Shown here: positions 1-13,600 of the stretch, one piece after another
How the letters are laid out: the number at the start of each line of letters is the position of its first letter
Position numbering within the stretch: position 1 is the stretch's first letter
DNA from: Eutreptiella sp. 'Long Island Sound 2002'
Taxonomy: Eukaryota > Protista > Euglenida
Length of the DNA: 64,000 bases
NCBI GenBank assembly: GCA_964036045.1
Contig: OZ038378.1
Span: forward strand, 175,956,001-176,020,000
Direction of reading: 5' to 3'
Made by a program: the position numbers and the translations under genes
Notes under the pieces: model-generated
What the model saw: only the letters and a program-made list of their open reading frames with translations
What the model was told of the DNA's origin: nothing
Databases searched by the model: none

Positions 1-153
1 TAAGGAGCCTTAATGGTCTGTTTATCACGATTATCAAGGTTGTTGTGGTTGGCAGCTGTGGATGCATTGGGTGTGTTGCCTTGCAGAACTTGGCAGAGGT
101 TGACGCCCCCCAATGGGCCACTAGCGGTGAGTGTGGGCAGGTGGAGGTGCACA

Positions 154-197
154 CAAGCTGCGACAACACCAAGCTGCGACAACACCAAGCTGCGACA
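154..197. repeat. 16-bp tandem repeat CAAGCTGCGACAACAC, about 2.7 copies
   Basis: Read directly from the sequence. Confidence 0.9.
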
Positions 198-979
198 GTG
201 CCACATGGTGTTGCACTTGCTGCGCTTTTGTGCCCCCTTGCCCAATGGGGATCGGGGGCAACTGTCTCCTTTTTTATGTAGATAGTTTAGACACGCACAG
301 AAGGCCCATACCAGTTTCAGCTCAACGATGTGTTCCTGGACAAGCCGGCCATTGAACAAGTTGGAGGCCAAAAAGCCAAAAACAATACTCTTTCGCTATT
401 GTTTGGAAACAGTGGTAAAAAGCGCAAAAAATGCCGAAACAGCACCTTGAGCTGCTTGGGCAAGTGGTTGTCCAAGTATGTCTCGGGGGTAGAGGAGGTC
501 ACAATAAGTAGGGGAGGGGGGAGGGAATTCGGCACCAAGCAAATTAAGCGAATTTTTGCATGCAAAGGAAATACACATGACATGAAGATGACACTTTAAA
601 GGTGAACCATAAAGGTGGAGTGGTTTGCCTGCTGATACTTCCGTTTACTTCACTTGTTTGCGTTTTGTGGAGGCATGCCTCTTGGTTGTAGATGCCGAAT
701 GCTCTTGGTGGTGTTTCTGCTGCTTGTACATGGGGGCTTGCCTCGGAGTGCGCTTCCGTGTATGTCTTGCGTTCTCCTTGGGGAGCGCTTCTGTGACACT
801 GTGGAGCGGGCTTATGTGCATGTCTCAGTGTGCGGCTAGTTTACATTTTTGGATTATTTCGACGGGTTTCGTGGTTCATAGTGGTATACTTCCACTAAGC
901 AGTGGGATCACCCCACCTCAGCCCACAAGGCTGAGGCGTCATTGCTCGGCGGGAGTGACCCCCCACTCCCCGGAAAGCC

Positions 980-1610
980 CTCTAGGCCCCACGATAGGTG
1001 TAAACTAGTCCCACACTTGGTGACCCACTTCACATACACAGCAAGCTCCCCGTCGGACCCTGTTCGTGGAAGGTTGCAGGGTGCGGACCGATGGGGCAGG
1101 CTTCGAGGGGTACAATGTGGGGGTACGTGCGAGGGCCTAGGTGTCAATTTCAGTTTAGCGAGTGGTGGCGTGGCTCCTGCATGTCGTGCCTGGTGCCACG
1201 CTACCCTGGGTCACGGATCTGTCCGTGCCGCCTTGGGCACTGGGGCAGGGTGGCCCGTACACGCTACAAGTACTGTATTGTGATGTCTTGCGGTGCCAGG
1301 CGGCTGAGGCAGGACCGGGGTACAAGAATGCATGTGTCGTGTGTCCGTGTGAGCGAGGACACGCTCTGCACTGGGACTTCTATGCTCTGTACGATACATT
1401 GGCTCTTTATGTGTCCCGAGATTTCACGGTTCCGGAGTTGCAACTGTTTTGATGAGTGTAGTGTGATGTGGGGTGCAGTGCCTTGGGACAGATAGGGATC
1501 ACGGTTACGCTGGAGTTCGGAGATCGCCCGAGCACTTTACCTTTACCTTTACCTCCAGGCCCTACGATAGGTGTAAACTAGTCCCACACTTGGTGACCCA
1601 CTTCACATAC
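980..1610. repeat. Pair of 58-bp direct repeats (980-1037 and 1553-1610), 573 bp apart
   Basis: AGGCCC(C/T)ACGATAGGTGTAAACTAGTCCCACACTTGGTGACCCACTTCACATAC occurs twice. Confidence 0.9.
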
Positions 1611-2339
1611 TCAATGCCCATTAGCTCTATCGGTGCCTGATGCCGTGATATGGTCCGTATGGAGGTACAGTGGTATGTCTGTGGGGATGCCTTGGGGTGG
1701 GAGTGGCAAGGGGGCAGAGGTTGCTAGGTCTGGTATGGAGTTCTTTACCATGTTTGGGGGATGCACTACTTTATGGACGCACAAGAATGTTCACGAAATC
1801 TCTGGATTTTCCGAAGCATCAAAAAGTGCACGCTGTGTGCCCGCTGTGCAGATTCTTCCCCAATCGTCAGCAGTCTATGTTACTGTTTATCTGGTTTTGT
1901 TGTTGTGCTCATAGCAGGTGGTGCTGGGCTGAAGTTTGGGTTATTCTTGGAGGTTGCTGTCTGCCCTCTGTGCACATGCAGTGCACGTGCCGTGCAGCCG
2001 TTTGCTGGGTACAGCCTCGGATCAGTGATCAACATGCAGGTCACACAATAAGCATGGTACTGGACGCCTACGTGGGGCCCAACTTGCCTTTATGAAAGAC
2101 CCCTCTGTTGCCGCACACCCTGAACCAATCTCCATCCCCTTCCTTTGCTTTCAGTCCTTGGTGAGAAGCATGGCAACACTGCAAATCGCACCTGCCCTGT
2201 CCATCGCACCACGATCTACTGTGTGGTGTCACTGGGTTTCGTACTTTCTCTCTTCTTCACAGCTGTCTCGGCGCACTGTCCCTTGTAATGGGTTTGCAGG
2301 GCCTGGCGTTCACTCTGTGCTATTGATGACGCTCGTCTT

Positions 2340-4916
2340 ATGCTGCAGCACCTCGTCTTCGTGACATGGGTGGTGCTGTTGGTGAGCAGCCCTTCGGTAG
2401 CAGTGAACCGTCAGGTCAAGCAGGCCAAAAAGCGGCTGAATGCTAAGCACCAGTTGTTTGTTGACTCTGCTATGAAGAGCATCCGGGCCATTTCAAAGAC
2501 CGGGGGCACTCCTGCAATTATTCAGATTGGGGCCCACTTCGGGTTTGAGAACAATGATGCGATGTGGACGGAGCTGTACCAGGTACAAAATCTCAAGGCA
2601 AATCCTGTTCCGATCCCCAACCGATGCTATATGTGCCCTGCCTCTGGAAAATGTTTGTGCTGCTGTCCTTTGATGAATTTGGGCACGTCATGCATCGTTG
2701 CGTTCGAGTCACGCTGTGTCATGTTTTGGGCGGCGAACCGCCATGCCAAAGGAGCTCCTTAGAATCGCCACACAAATGCCATTACCCATCCTGTGTAGAT
2801 ACATAGACCCCAACCACGCATGAGCCCCACACATGTGCATACGGAATGTACAGATTTTCAAGATGTGCCGCAAAGAAAACAAGCACTGGTCATGGATCAT
2901 GGTGGAACCTGTACCAACCAATCTGAAGGTCCTGAAGCGAAACGTGGAAGGGATGAAGAGATTGCACAGCGATAAGTTCCAGCAAGGCTCCGTCATCGTG
3001 GAGGGTTGTGCAATTTCTGTGACCAATACAACGGAACACAGCAATAAAACGTTCTATTCTTTGTCATCCACTGTTGATCCCAAGACAGGGTACGACTCCA
3101 AGACTGGTGTCGTGATCCCTACGTGGCTGACGCAGGTGGGGTCTTTCCAGCGAGGGCATCTGGCGCACCACCTCAGCGGACCCCTTGCAGATTTGAATGC
3201 CAACAGGAACGTTTCTTTGGTATGCATGCGTCGGACCGCCGTTGCTGCGCAAATCCAACCACTTTTGACCACTCTACAAGGTTGTGGCGGCACCCCCCCC
3301 CTACCCTATTGAGAGTGGGACATGCTCTGTTTGGCTGTTTGTGCCTGCATGCATGCATGGGGAACATCCTGCACCTCCAGTATTTGCCACGCCCCTATGG
3401 CCCGCCACCACGTCTGTCGCCATGCCCCTGCGCCTCAGCGCACTGGGCCCCACACCCACAAGCCCCCACCCACTGACAACCACTGGCTACCAGGCCCGGC
3501 CCGGACCCCTTGCAAGCCCCGATCCATGAACCACTGACAAGGCCTCGTCCAATTCAACACCCCTATCCACTTACAACTCTTACCTCGGGGGGGGGGGGGG
3601 ATACTTGCTACGCGCTCGTTTGTTCAGTAGATGTCACCGGGGCACAACCTGGGGCGCGGCCGCTACAAGCCCCCATACAAACTCCATCCAAATACAAGCC
3701 CCCATCCACCAATCTCAATGCTGGAGGTCGGTGTCGTGCCCTGCTGGAAACAGGTGCTTGCCTGTGGCCGGCTCCTTCGGCTGCCCTAGCTGCAGCGCTG
3801 CCCACGGCAGCCGTTGGGACCCGAGAGTACGGGGGTGGCCCACCCATGCTAGAGCGGGCACTGCACCCATGCACGCACGCATGTTCCACTCACGGCGCTG
3901 GAGGCTGAGTATCTGGCTGTCAAAGGTGCAGTGCGGACAGTCCCGCAGGAGCTAGGAGCTGGCATTGAGGGTCACATGTTTTACGGCCAAGGGTCATATT
4001 GATTTGTCATTTAAATTGGAAACGTGGAGACGTCAGGGATGGGTGTACCCTGCTGGGTCAGCCATCCCGGGGAAGGCAACCCTGAATGACATATGTGATA
4101 TCCTAGACACAAGAGAGGGGCCTATCCACTAGGCAGCCATGGGAACGGGTCCGATGAATCACGGACAGTTGCAACTGTGGAAAACACTGTGGGTAGGGGT
4201 AGAAGCAGCCCCCCCCCCCCCCTGATGAGAGAATCGCCCAGGGCCGAAGTGCAGCAAGAACAAGTGGCCGTAGAAGCCGTCGCCAAGAGCGAAGGCTAGC
4301 CGCGATCCGGGAGCGGGTCTTCGGTGTATACAGTCCAAACTTATGAGAGAGGACCCGATCAGGGCTCAGGGTTCGCCGTTATATTTAGGGGTTCGCTCAC
4401 TCATGCCTCCACATTATACTTAGGCGTACACACCCTTACCCCCTCCTCGCTATATTCAGGTGTGAGAACATTGACACCTAGCTTAGGAGAGGTAGTAGAG
4501 CCCATTCCTCGTCACTGCCGCAGAGTTGCGATGCCGGATGGAGTGGTGCCAATCAACTTACAGCTAGAGCCGCCGCGAAAACACGCCCCCGTGCCCTAGC
4601 ACAGGGGGGGGCGGGGGGCGAAGCCAGGGGTACAAGCAGGGATGGCCACAGGAGCACGCAGGCAGGTAAAGCTCTGAACGGAGGTGTCATGTCGGTCACT
4701 CCACTGTTGCGCACCAACAAGCTCGTCCGTGGGGACCCTTACAGCGGGAGCGAGCATGCATATGGGGCTGCAGGGTGCTGTACATAGTCTTGCCGTCGCG
4801 CCGAGAGGGAGGAAAGGCCGCTCGGCGCGGGGATGAGAACATTGCTGCAGTGCGAACAGAGCTGTAGAAGTGGTGTATCACAGTGAACGCTATCGAGTTG
4901 TTTCAATGGTTGGGCG

Positions 4917-5009
<93 letters not shown>

Positions 5010-6494
5010 ATCTAAACATTGTCCCTTAGGATGTGGGGCTGCATGTAGCCTGTTCGTCAATCAATATTGCGAATGTTTTGCATTTTTTTCTATCCTTTGG
5101 GAGACCCAGGGATGGGCTACAATGCCTCGGTTGACTGACATTCGAATGCCAACGATGCATTGTATCCACCACCGGTTGGTAGAGCCGTATAAAAGTGTCG
5201 TGGCCGTCCTATGTGCCAGGGGAGTCCCCGGAACTGACAGGACTGATTGCCCAGTCTGTTATTGTTGAGTGTTTTGTTTAGTCATCCCAATCGCCGGGCC
5301 ACGGCCCATGATAGTAAACAGCCTTGAGAGGGCACGCCCTTCACCCCCAGTGCACACCCCGGCATCCTCAATATACTCCAGGGCAGCCAGGTCTTTGACA
5401 CCGAGCCCCACTTCTTCCATTTGCTTGCGTGTGGCTCGATCACTTACACTGAGTCCGGTTTCCTCAATCTATTCGCAAATAGCCAAGTCACTCAGACCGA
5501 GCCCCCATATGCCGCCCTCACCAGTGTACTCACCGGCCGCGTGGCCTTGGTACGCACAACCGGACTGGGAGTCACTGGGACGCGACAATGACACTTCGCA
5601 AAGGGCGCTGGACAGCCTAACGGGATCTACCTCACTGGCACGGCCATCAAACCAAAAGAGAGCACGGCGACTTTTCGACTACTCTGCAGCAAGTGTGGCC
5701 CGGTGTTTCGGCTTGTTGCGGCCTTTCCGCGAATAACCTGGTTGAGCACACAGTTTGCTGCGGGAGGCGGATGAGTTGTGCTGGGGCCTGCTTGTGTTGC
5801 TGCTCCTTAATTCGCTTCCATGACCCGGAGTTGTCAATCAGTGTACTAGTGGATGGCCTGCCAGCAAGGTTGGACGAACACTGGACTCATGGTTTCGCTG
5901 ATGTCTTGTAGGGTACATAGGAATGTTGAACCTTGCAGTTTGAGCTTTGATTGAAATATCTGGCGCCACACGCACACAATCATTCACCCGACTCTAGGCA
6001 CACAGCCCTAAAACAGTTTTTATGATGCCCAAGGTGTTCAGCAGGCATCCCTGCCAAAGAAATGGGATCCCGTTGCACAACACTCCCTGGCGCATTATCA
6101 AAGGAACTTCTGCACAGCCACAGCGTCCTGCATGCACACACTCCATCCGCATATCAGACCCGCGCATCGCACGCACACATTGGCCCCTGCATCGCAGGTG
6201 GCCGAGGATTTCATCGAGGAGATTCAAGTGGAATCGACCTCCCTGGCGGGGCTGCTGACGCGACATGGCATCACCGGTGATCAGGTCGCCGTCCTGTTGG
6301 TGGATGCGGAGGGCTGGGACTGCAAGATCTGTCTGGCAACGGACTTTGCCGAGATTACGCCGGCGGTGGTGATCTTTGAACGCAAGCACTGCCTTGCGAC
6401 GGACCGCGAGCAGTTGCAGAAGCACCTCGCAAAATACTACGTATTGCGGTGGCTCAACCGTGAAAACACTTTGGGTATCCGCAAAGGCTTTTGA
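2340..6494 (+). CDS. FkbM-family SAM-dependent methyltransferase with N-terminal signal peptide/anchor; exons 2340-2582, 2854-3219, 6198-6494 (301 aa)
   Basis: Three exons join in frame through GT-AG introns (CAG|gtacaa, TTG|gtatgc; acceptors tacag, cgcag). FkbM-type motifs in order: IIQIGAHFG..ND, MVEPVP.NL..L..N, W..QVGSF.R.HL.HH, LLVDAEGWD, PAVVIFE. Hydrophobic N-terminus (LVFVTWVVLLV). Confidence 0.88.
4921..5004. repeat. (AC)n microsatellite, about 42 units
   Basis: Read directly from the sequence. Confidence 0.98.
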
Positions 6495-9400
6495 TACGGC
6501 TGAGAGGCGGTTGTCGACAGCACCAGTCCCCACTGGACTAGGGGCGGGGGGTGCATATGGGACAATTTCCTTTTTCAGTTTGGTGTTGGAAATTTCCCTA
6601 CGCTCAATTTGGGGCACTCTCTGCTCTCTGTGCATCCTGAGTAGAGCTAGTGCCTTCAGTATGGAGAGTCAACCTGGGCTTTGCTCCTGTTTTTTTTTTT
6701 AAATCTTATGAGTTGGTGTTGTTCAAAATTTGGGTCTACCAAAGTTGCACACAACTGATTGTCCACAAGGAACCAAGGGTTGGGGGTGTTGAAGTTTCCC
6801 GTGTCTGATGGCCCCGCACCAAAATTGAAGGTGTGTCGAAATTTTCTCTGCCGAAACTGTCCCCAGACGAAAATTTCCCCCGCCCTGTAGTTGCAAAGCG
6901 TCGGCCGACCATCAACCGCCACCCGCCACGAATGCGCTGCCTGTGTCGAGCGGTGCGGCAGCTTTGTTGACCATTGCCTCTTTCGCATCGGAGATGGACT
7001 AGGCGCCTTTCATCCCCAACGCCTCGTGTCACTGACCAAATGGGCCCCAAAGAATGACCCATATCTTTTCCATTTGCCGGAGCGCGTCAGACGGATGGGG
7101 ATGGGTATGGGTGTGGGTATGGGTATGGATGGAGTCCTTGTACCGAGTACCCGGCGAGCACCACCACGTGTCTCACTGTACTGCGGTTGCCTTTTCGGAC
7201 TCGTGAGACATCCGGAGACCGCCACTGCCGTCGCCGAAGCACCGGTGAAACTGTTGCGCGGTGCAGTGTGCTGTGTACTCTCACAGTGGCTGTTACCGGG
7301 GGGAGGACTCCGCTTGTGACCACTGGGATGGATGGGTTGCATGGAGGATGCTGACAGGGCGGCCCATGTGTCGGGCTGGTCACACCGTAGATCCCCACAC
7401 GGTGAGGCATGGACACTGCCTGGTCCATGCTCCCCCGAGTCAATGGCTGAGAGTCACAAGCCCCCTCTGGTAAGGGTCCCTTGCTACCCTCTTGGAGGAC
7501 TGAACTGTCAGGGCGAGCCGCGGCCACACATTCCTCTTGAGCATCCACGGGCTCCAGGCCACTCAGGACACTCCGAGGGTTAAGCCCTGCTGGTCCACAA
7601 GACCTCTTGTGACGGTGATTGCAATGGGCAATCCCGTTGGGTTGTCCCACTCATACACGGCCACAGTTCAGTGAGCTGGGACACCGGGCTCCTGGCTACT
7701 CATACGCAGGGGACACCGAACTGAGCGTGCATGAGACCCCCACCTGGCCGTGCGGAAGTCAGGCTCTCTTGGGGACCGTGACTGGCAACCCCTATTTCTA
7801 TCACTTGGTCTGGCAGTGGTGGGGCTGCCCCATCCAGATAGCACCTTCCCCAGGGGGTGGCGGTCCCGTGTGGTGGAGGCCCCTTGTCCAGGCCCATCTA
7901 ACTCAGGAGGGGGGGAGGGACTTACCTCCTCCTTCAACCAAATGTCTATGGTAAAGCAGTATTAATACACCCTGTCTCCCATCGACCTCTTCCTCAGGAA
8001 TCATGCTGAAGCCCCAGTGGAATGGTCATGCAGCACATAATACTGCACCACTGCAGCGTTCAATGCATGAACTGCCATCCAAGTGTTGTATCTGCTGCAC
8101 CTCAGTCAAGCCCCCCCCCCCCCCCCCTCAGTGTATTAGCGGTTGATGAGAGCAGAGGGAGACGATGGTCCCGGCGGCCAACCGGTATGAAGTGTGATAG
8201 AACCGGTCAGTAAGACCAGTACAAGACACATAAGGTGTCTTGTACTGTGTCACAGCAGAGATGTTGCCAGTGCATTGTGGATGGCTGCCACTTTCCCCTC
8301 GTGTCTTAAGTACAAACAATCAGGTTCTGACCTTGTTCCGGGCTACGGTCTGATTTTGACAACCACATTCTACATTTTTGCCAATTCCATCCGCTTTTTC
8401 ACCTTGGCTACCGGCACCTGTCACTTGTCCACGGCACTCAGCCCGTTTGTCTTGAGATGCCATTGTAACTTCCACGGGACCACATGTATTGGTGCTCATG
8501 CACATGCATTTTGTGCATCCTGGTCTCCTCTCGATGGGTTAACCAAGAAAAGGATTCGGTAAGGTATGTAAAGTGGGCCCTCTTCCCCGCGATTTCATTT
8601 CTGACCCTGCCAGCAGTTCGACCACGCACCAGACAGAACCAGGGCTAGGCCTTACGGGTCCAGCCTTCTCAGTTAGGTGGACACATTCATGTGAAACCAC
8701 TTCCCGGACACAAAATGGTTCTGCAAAAACGCCAATATGCGTATGGGGGCTGATTCGCAAAGGTTCCTGCATTTACCCTCGTTTCCCCCGGCCTTCTTTG
8801 GCCTGTGTATCCTTTGATAATTGTCATTCGTTTAAGAATGCTGTTCACCGAATGCGCATACAATGCTACATAGTGTACGTGCACTGTGGACTTTGGTACT
8901 CCCCGCCCCAAGGAGGTTGTCGGCACCCTCAACTCTGGAGTTGAAATCCGATGTGGCTCCAGGGCTATTTGATTGTGCAGTTGGGAAGGAGAAGACACGC
9001 CGCCGAATTGCCCAGACCTCTCAGACGCAAAGGGGGCCTGAGACTGTAGCCCAGTTCTGTTTGTTGTACGATTTTCAGCCAAATTTACTGCAATGAGGCC
9101 CACATGCCCCGACCAACCTTTGTCCTCTATGTTCCTGCATCACTGGCAACCAATGGAAACCCCCCCCTCCGACGTAACATGGCGGCACAGTCGCACAAGG
9201 TGATTGGGCTTCAATAGGTACAGATGGTACCGAATTTGAGTGGGCTCCGGCCACCTTGTACACCCATGAGAACCATAATTTCCGGAGGGCCAAACAAAAA
9301 GATGCACCAAAACACAATTCATCATCGTCATCGTGTTCTTTGGAGGCATCCTCATCGATCCATAACCCACTATACTAGTTTAATCCAAGAGCAGAGTGAG

Positions 9401-10683
9401 GCATAACAATAGACATACCAGGGCGGATGCAAGGAGTCTATTCTAATGTGACCATGTTTTGTTGTTGCATGTTGTTTTGTGCTGCAGGAGGGTGGAAATG
9501 AAGCAGAATTGCTTCTTGTGGCATTTGGGGAGGCAGCCAGTGGGGCCTGATGGGGTAGACCGATTTGGTGGGGGTGTTGCAGTGGGGCTGGAAGTTAGGT
9601 GTGGTAGCAAAATGAAGAGGTCTCGTGTATCAAAGCATATTTGACAAAATCCATTGACAAAATCCATTGCAATATCAGGTTCAACAACCCAGGAAAATAG
9701 CTCATGGCATTGCTCATCGTTCCAACCAAAGATAGTGCATTGATGTTGTGCAAAGGTGTGGGCATGGTGTTGGGGACGATAAGGTTGCGGTGTGGCTACA
9801 TGAGGCATTCTAATGGGGGAGAAGCATGCGGCACAATATTTGCCTATTTGCTCCAGCATTTTCGCGTTGTGTTGAAACTGCTTGAAATAGCGACCCAGTA
9901 CTTCTGGTCGAAAGAACAATTGGGTTGCGTGGTCACTGCGTGCAAAGGTTTTGCCACGGTTTTTCCGCATAGCACAGAGCACAGCGCAAGCACAGTGGGC
10001 TTGTAGCCAAACATCGCAAAATAATACAGCATTCCGGCCCCGTCCAAATGTCATGCACAACCTTCCACGACCACACGTATGGAAATAGGGACCCATTTCT
10101 GCGCTGTAGTGTCCATGACTAGCATTATGTTGTGGCGCACATGCTGCATGGTACTTTACGCACTAGCATAGCAACTTCCTCCTTCATATTACGTGTTGAA
10201 GATCGACACACACAATGTGTGACACATGCATTGACGGGGAGTATAGATTCAAAAGCAAGAAAAGCTGTCTCGTGGTGATTGGGAAACGTGTTAGTTATGG
10301 CCTCGGGGCAGGACATGAGTCCAAGATCCTTTGGGGCTGTACCTACGGTCTGGCAAAGGAACGAAACGGTTTTCACGAATCTTTCTGTGACTTTTAATCT
10401 TCGTCCCACTGTTGTGTACTTTTTGGTATGTTTTGTGTGGGACATTCTTGGTGTCTGGCGATCATGCCACTCCGTGCCGTGCGAGCACTGAGCAGGGCCT
10501 CCCATTGTTCATCTACAGAAATATCACCAGAATGCGTCACCCTTCTGCCACCTGCCGATCTGGCCACATCGGCCAGCTCATGACGATATGATCCCCGTGG
10601 CCGTGCAGGTTGCGACGCCTTTGGACCCACCATTCACGCTTTTGGACGTCCACGTTCCGGATCTGCCGGACCAGCAGACCACA

Positions 10684-13600
10684 ATGCGCCTGCGGTACAT
10701 CATCGGCCTCGTGCTTTTGCTGCTGCTGCCCCTGTACTGGGTGCGCAACCGCTCGGGCAGTGTGCCCACGGGCCATGGGTTGGCGCGCACCCCCGAGCCC
10801 CCGGCCATCGGGTCCTTCTACGCGGATCCCTGGCTCGATAGGCTGCAGGACCCCGTGTTCGGGATGATTGTGACTGTCCTAGTGCCACCGCCTGAGGCTC
10901 CTTTTCGGGAGAGGTATGTCGAGCAGGTGAGACAGAGACGACGGTAGGTTTGTGGGTGGCACACTGGAGGCGGAGGGCGGGACGCATCAAGGGGCGAACA
11001 AGACAAAGATCGAGGCAACACTCGTCAGGCTGCACCAAGGCAGACATGCAGTGTCATACAGGAAGGGGGGGTTGGGGCTCCCGGCGCAAAGCGGGTTACT
11101 CCAATTCGGGTGTCAGGTGCATGACGTTTCAACCGCACGACTGTGTAATGTAGTGGCTGTTGTTGATGCACATCTCATTTATCCCAACTGTAGGGTCTCC
11201 TTGGTCTGGGGTTATGACGTCATATTGATCTCTCCCCACTTTGGAGACCCCTTGGCCTGATTCAGTTGTGCATCTGCCAGAATACTCCACGATTGTTCAT
11301 TTATGGTGACTGGTAAAACAAGATGTCACCCCGCTTGTGTATTTCAAAATGCTCAGAATGAAATGGGGGTTTCAAAAGTGCCCCCACCACGTAAAAAGGG
11401 TTTTGATCCCGCCCACATCCATCCCCGCTCCCGTCCATCATCCCTCCATCCGTCCATCCATCCAGCCTCATATGCATTGGCATTCCGTGGCATGCACTTG
11501 CCAGTGCCATCCCTGGTGCACAACTCCCTTTGCCCACCGTATGTGTGCAAGGACCACAGCCTCGTAATCCGGCTGGCAGTAAGCTTCCCGACAACATCCC
11601 CAACGAAAATGGGGAAAAAGGGAAAGTGCTGGGACATGTGGGAGAAATGGGGAACATGAGGGAAACCAGCCAGGAAAAAGGTGTTGCAAGTCTGCCCTGG
11701 TGCCCATATCGAACCTCGTCTTCCCTGCTCCTCGACCGAACCATCCAACCCATACCCCCTCCTCAGCGAATGCCTTTGCGCACCGCGATGCGCCCCGTCC
11801 AACTCCAGCCTCGATTCCCCCCCCCCTTCTTCTCCCTATCCCTATCCCTGCCCCCCCTTTTCTCTACCTGCTACTCCCGGTCCCTGCCTTCTTCCTCCTC
11901 CCCCTCTACCTTTACCTCTACCTCGCCACTCCATACTCCCGTATCGTCCCTCCTCCCCCTCCTCCTGACTCCTCCCCTGTACCTCTCTTTAGGACCCACC
12001 CTGTCCCAGGTGATTCCCTTGCCCACACTTGCCTTGTCCCTCTCCCCCGCCCCTGCCTTTGTCTCCTCCGTGTACCGCCCCATTCACCGCAGGCTGGCGC
12101 AATTGACGCAGGAAATCAATGCCATTGAGCCCGGTGTTGTGTACGTGTACCCGTACTCCGCCTTTCACAGCACCGTCGCCTGCATTGTCAACTTCATGCA
12201 CAATCAGCAGCGCTTCACCGCTGCGGTGCGGGAGCGGTACCTGCGCGTCTGGACACAGGTCATGCGGGGGTGTTTAGGCGACCGCCAGCAGGCGGCCGGC
12301 GCGCTCCGCACGCCGCGGCGGCCGTTCCGTCTCCGGATCGGGAGCCCGGACCTGTCATCAAAGGCCGGCTTCTTCCCGCTGCTGAACCCCTCGGGGGAGG
12401 TCACGGCGGTGCGGCACTGCGTGCGGCACGTCATGGTGACGCACTCTGAACTGTTGGCGCAGGTGCCCCCGCTGCCCAATGCCCATCCCCAGGCCCCTTC
12501 CCGCAGGCCCCCTTCGTGCCTCCCCTCCCCAAGGCTCCGCCCGCAAGACCCCCTGTCGACTTGAGCAAAGTGCCGGGTCCACACCTGACCTTCTGAGGCC
12601 CGAGCTTCGCCCCAAAGGGGGAGGCTCCCCAAAAACCTCCGCACCAAAGGGGGCGCCTGCACGGCGCGTGTGCGACAGTCGCAGTGCCGACTCCTCATTT
12701 GCAATGGCAAACTGATCCAGAATCGCCAATTTCGGGTCCAAAAGTTGAAAGGCTGAGCCGCGAAAGCCCGGAACCATGACCGCGCTCAAAGGCGTCAGTG
12801 ACTGCCCAGCGCTTTGCCCGTGGCCTCTCGTCTCAGTCCATTCCGTCTGCTCTAGAATACAACAGCAGCGGAGGGTGGCAAATTACAAGGAGCAGATGCC
12901 AGGCGGCATTTAGCGATGCCTGATGTCGTCATACTGGCCCTTGCGGCAGTTGTTAATGGAACACATAAAGTGGCTGGGCATGAGCTGTTGACAGGTGGCC
13001 TTTGGCGGTTACTGGCAGTTCGTGTTGAAAAACAGCGGGGGAAATGGAGATGAAGGACAGCTCCACAGGAGGATGCAGATCATCAGGAAGTTTGGGGTAT
13101 GATCCGTAGGTGCGGGAGCATTGCGGTCAGGGGTGCGGTTCTTGCAATGAGGCACTTGCTGGCGGTTGAAAACTCGGGTGCGTACGCATTTGTGGTGACC
13201 AAACCAACCGGGGCGCTCTTTACGGCACACCTGAAAGGAGTTTGGGTGCAGCCTGCCAGGATGGAGCGGAATGAGGCCCCCCCGGGAAGTACCGGAATGG
13301 CCGTACGCCACAGGAGGAGGGGGGTACCCTCCCCCCCCCCCCCCCGACCAAGGGGACCGTAGTGGGAAAAATCTTGTCGGGCCATTTTTGGTACACAAAC
13401 TGTTGGGTCCCACACACACACACCTCCTCTCCTCAAATACATCCCTGAGAACCCCTGCTCTTGATAACTTGACAGCTGATGGGCCTGGGGGGGCACATGG
13501 GGTGGAAAGGGTCGTACGCAAGGGGCCTTGGAGGAAAATCTGCATGGGACACACGGAGAGCACGCGAAAGCCCTCGCGCTTCCACTGCAATCCAGTAAGT

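Noticed and set aside
154-1610. Short repeats considered as a CRISPR array
   Set aside because: Only 2-3 copies, no regular unique spacers, no cas genes, and a eukaryotic context.
4739-5268. (CV)n/(HT)n ORFs here and at 30047-30466
   Set aside because: Dinucleotide microsatellite translations.
7619-7954. Possible RT fragment (YSYAGDTEL)
   Set aside because: A single weak motif with no supporting neighbours.
11530-12092. Ser/Pro/Leu-rich N-terminal part of the 344-aa ORF
   Set aside because: Intronic polypyrimidine DNA; only 12093-12462 is exonic in the phase-consistent model.
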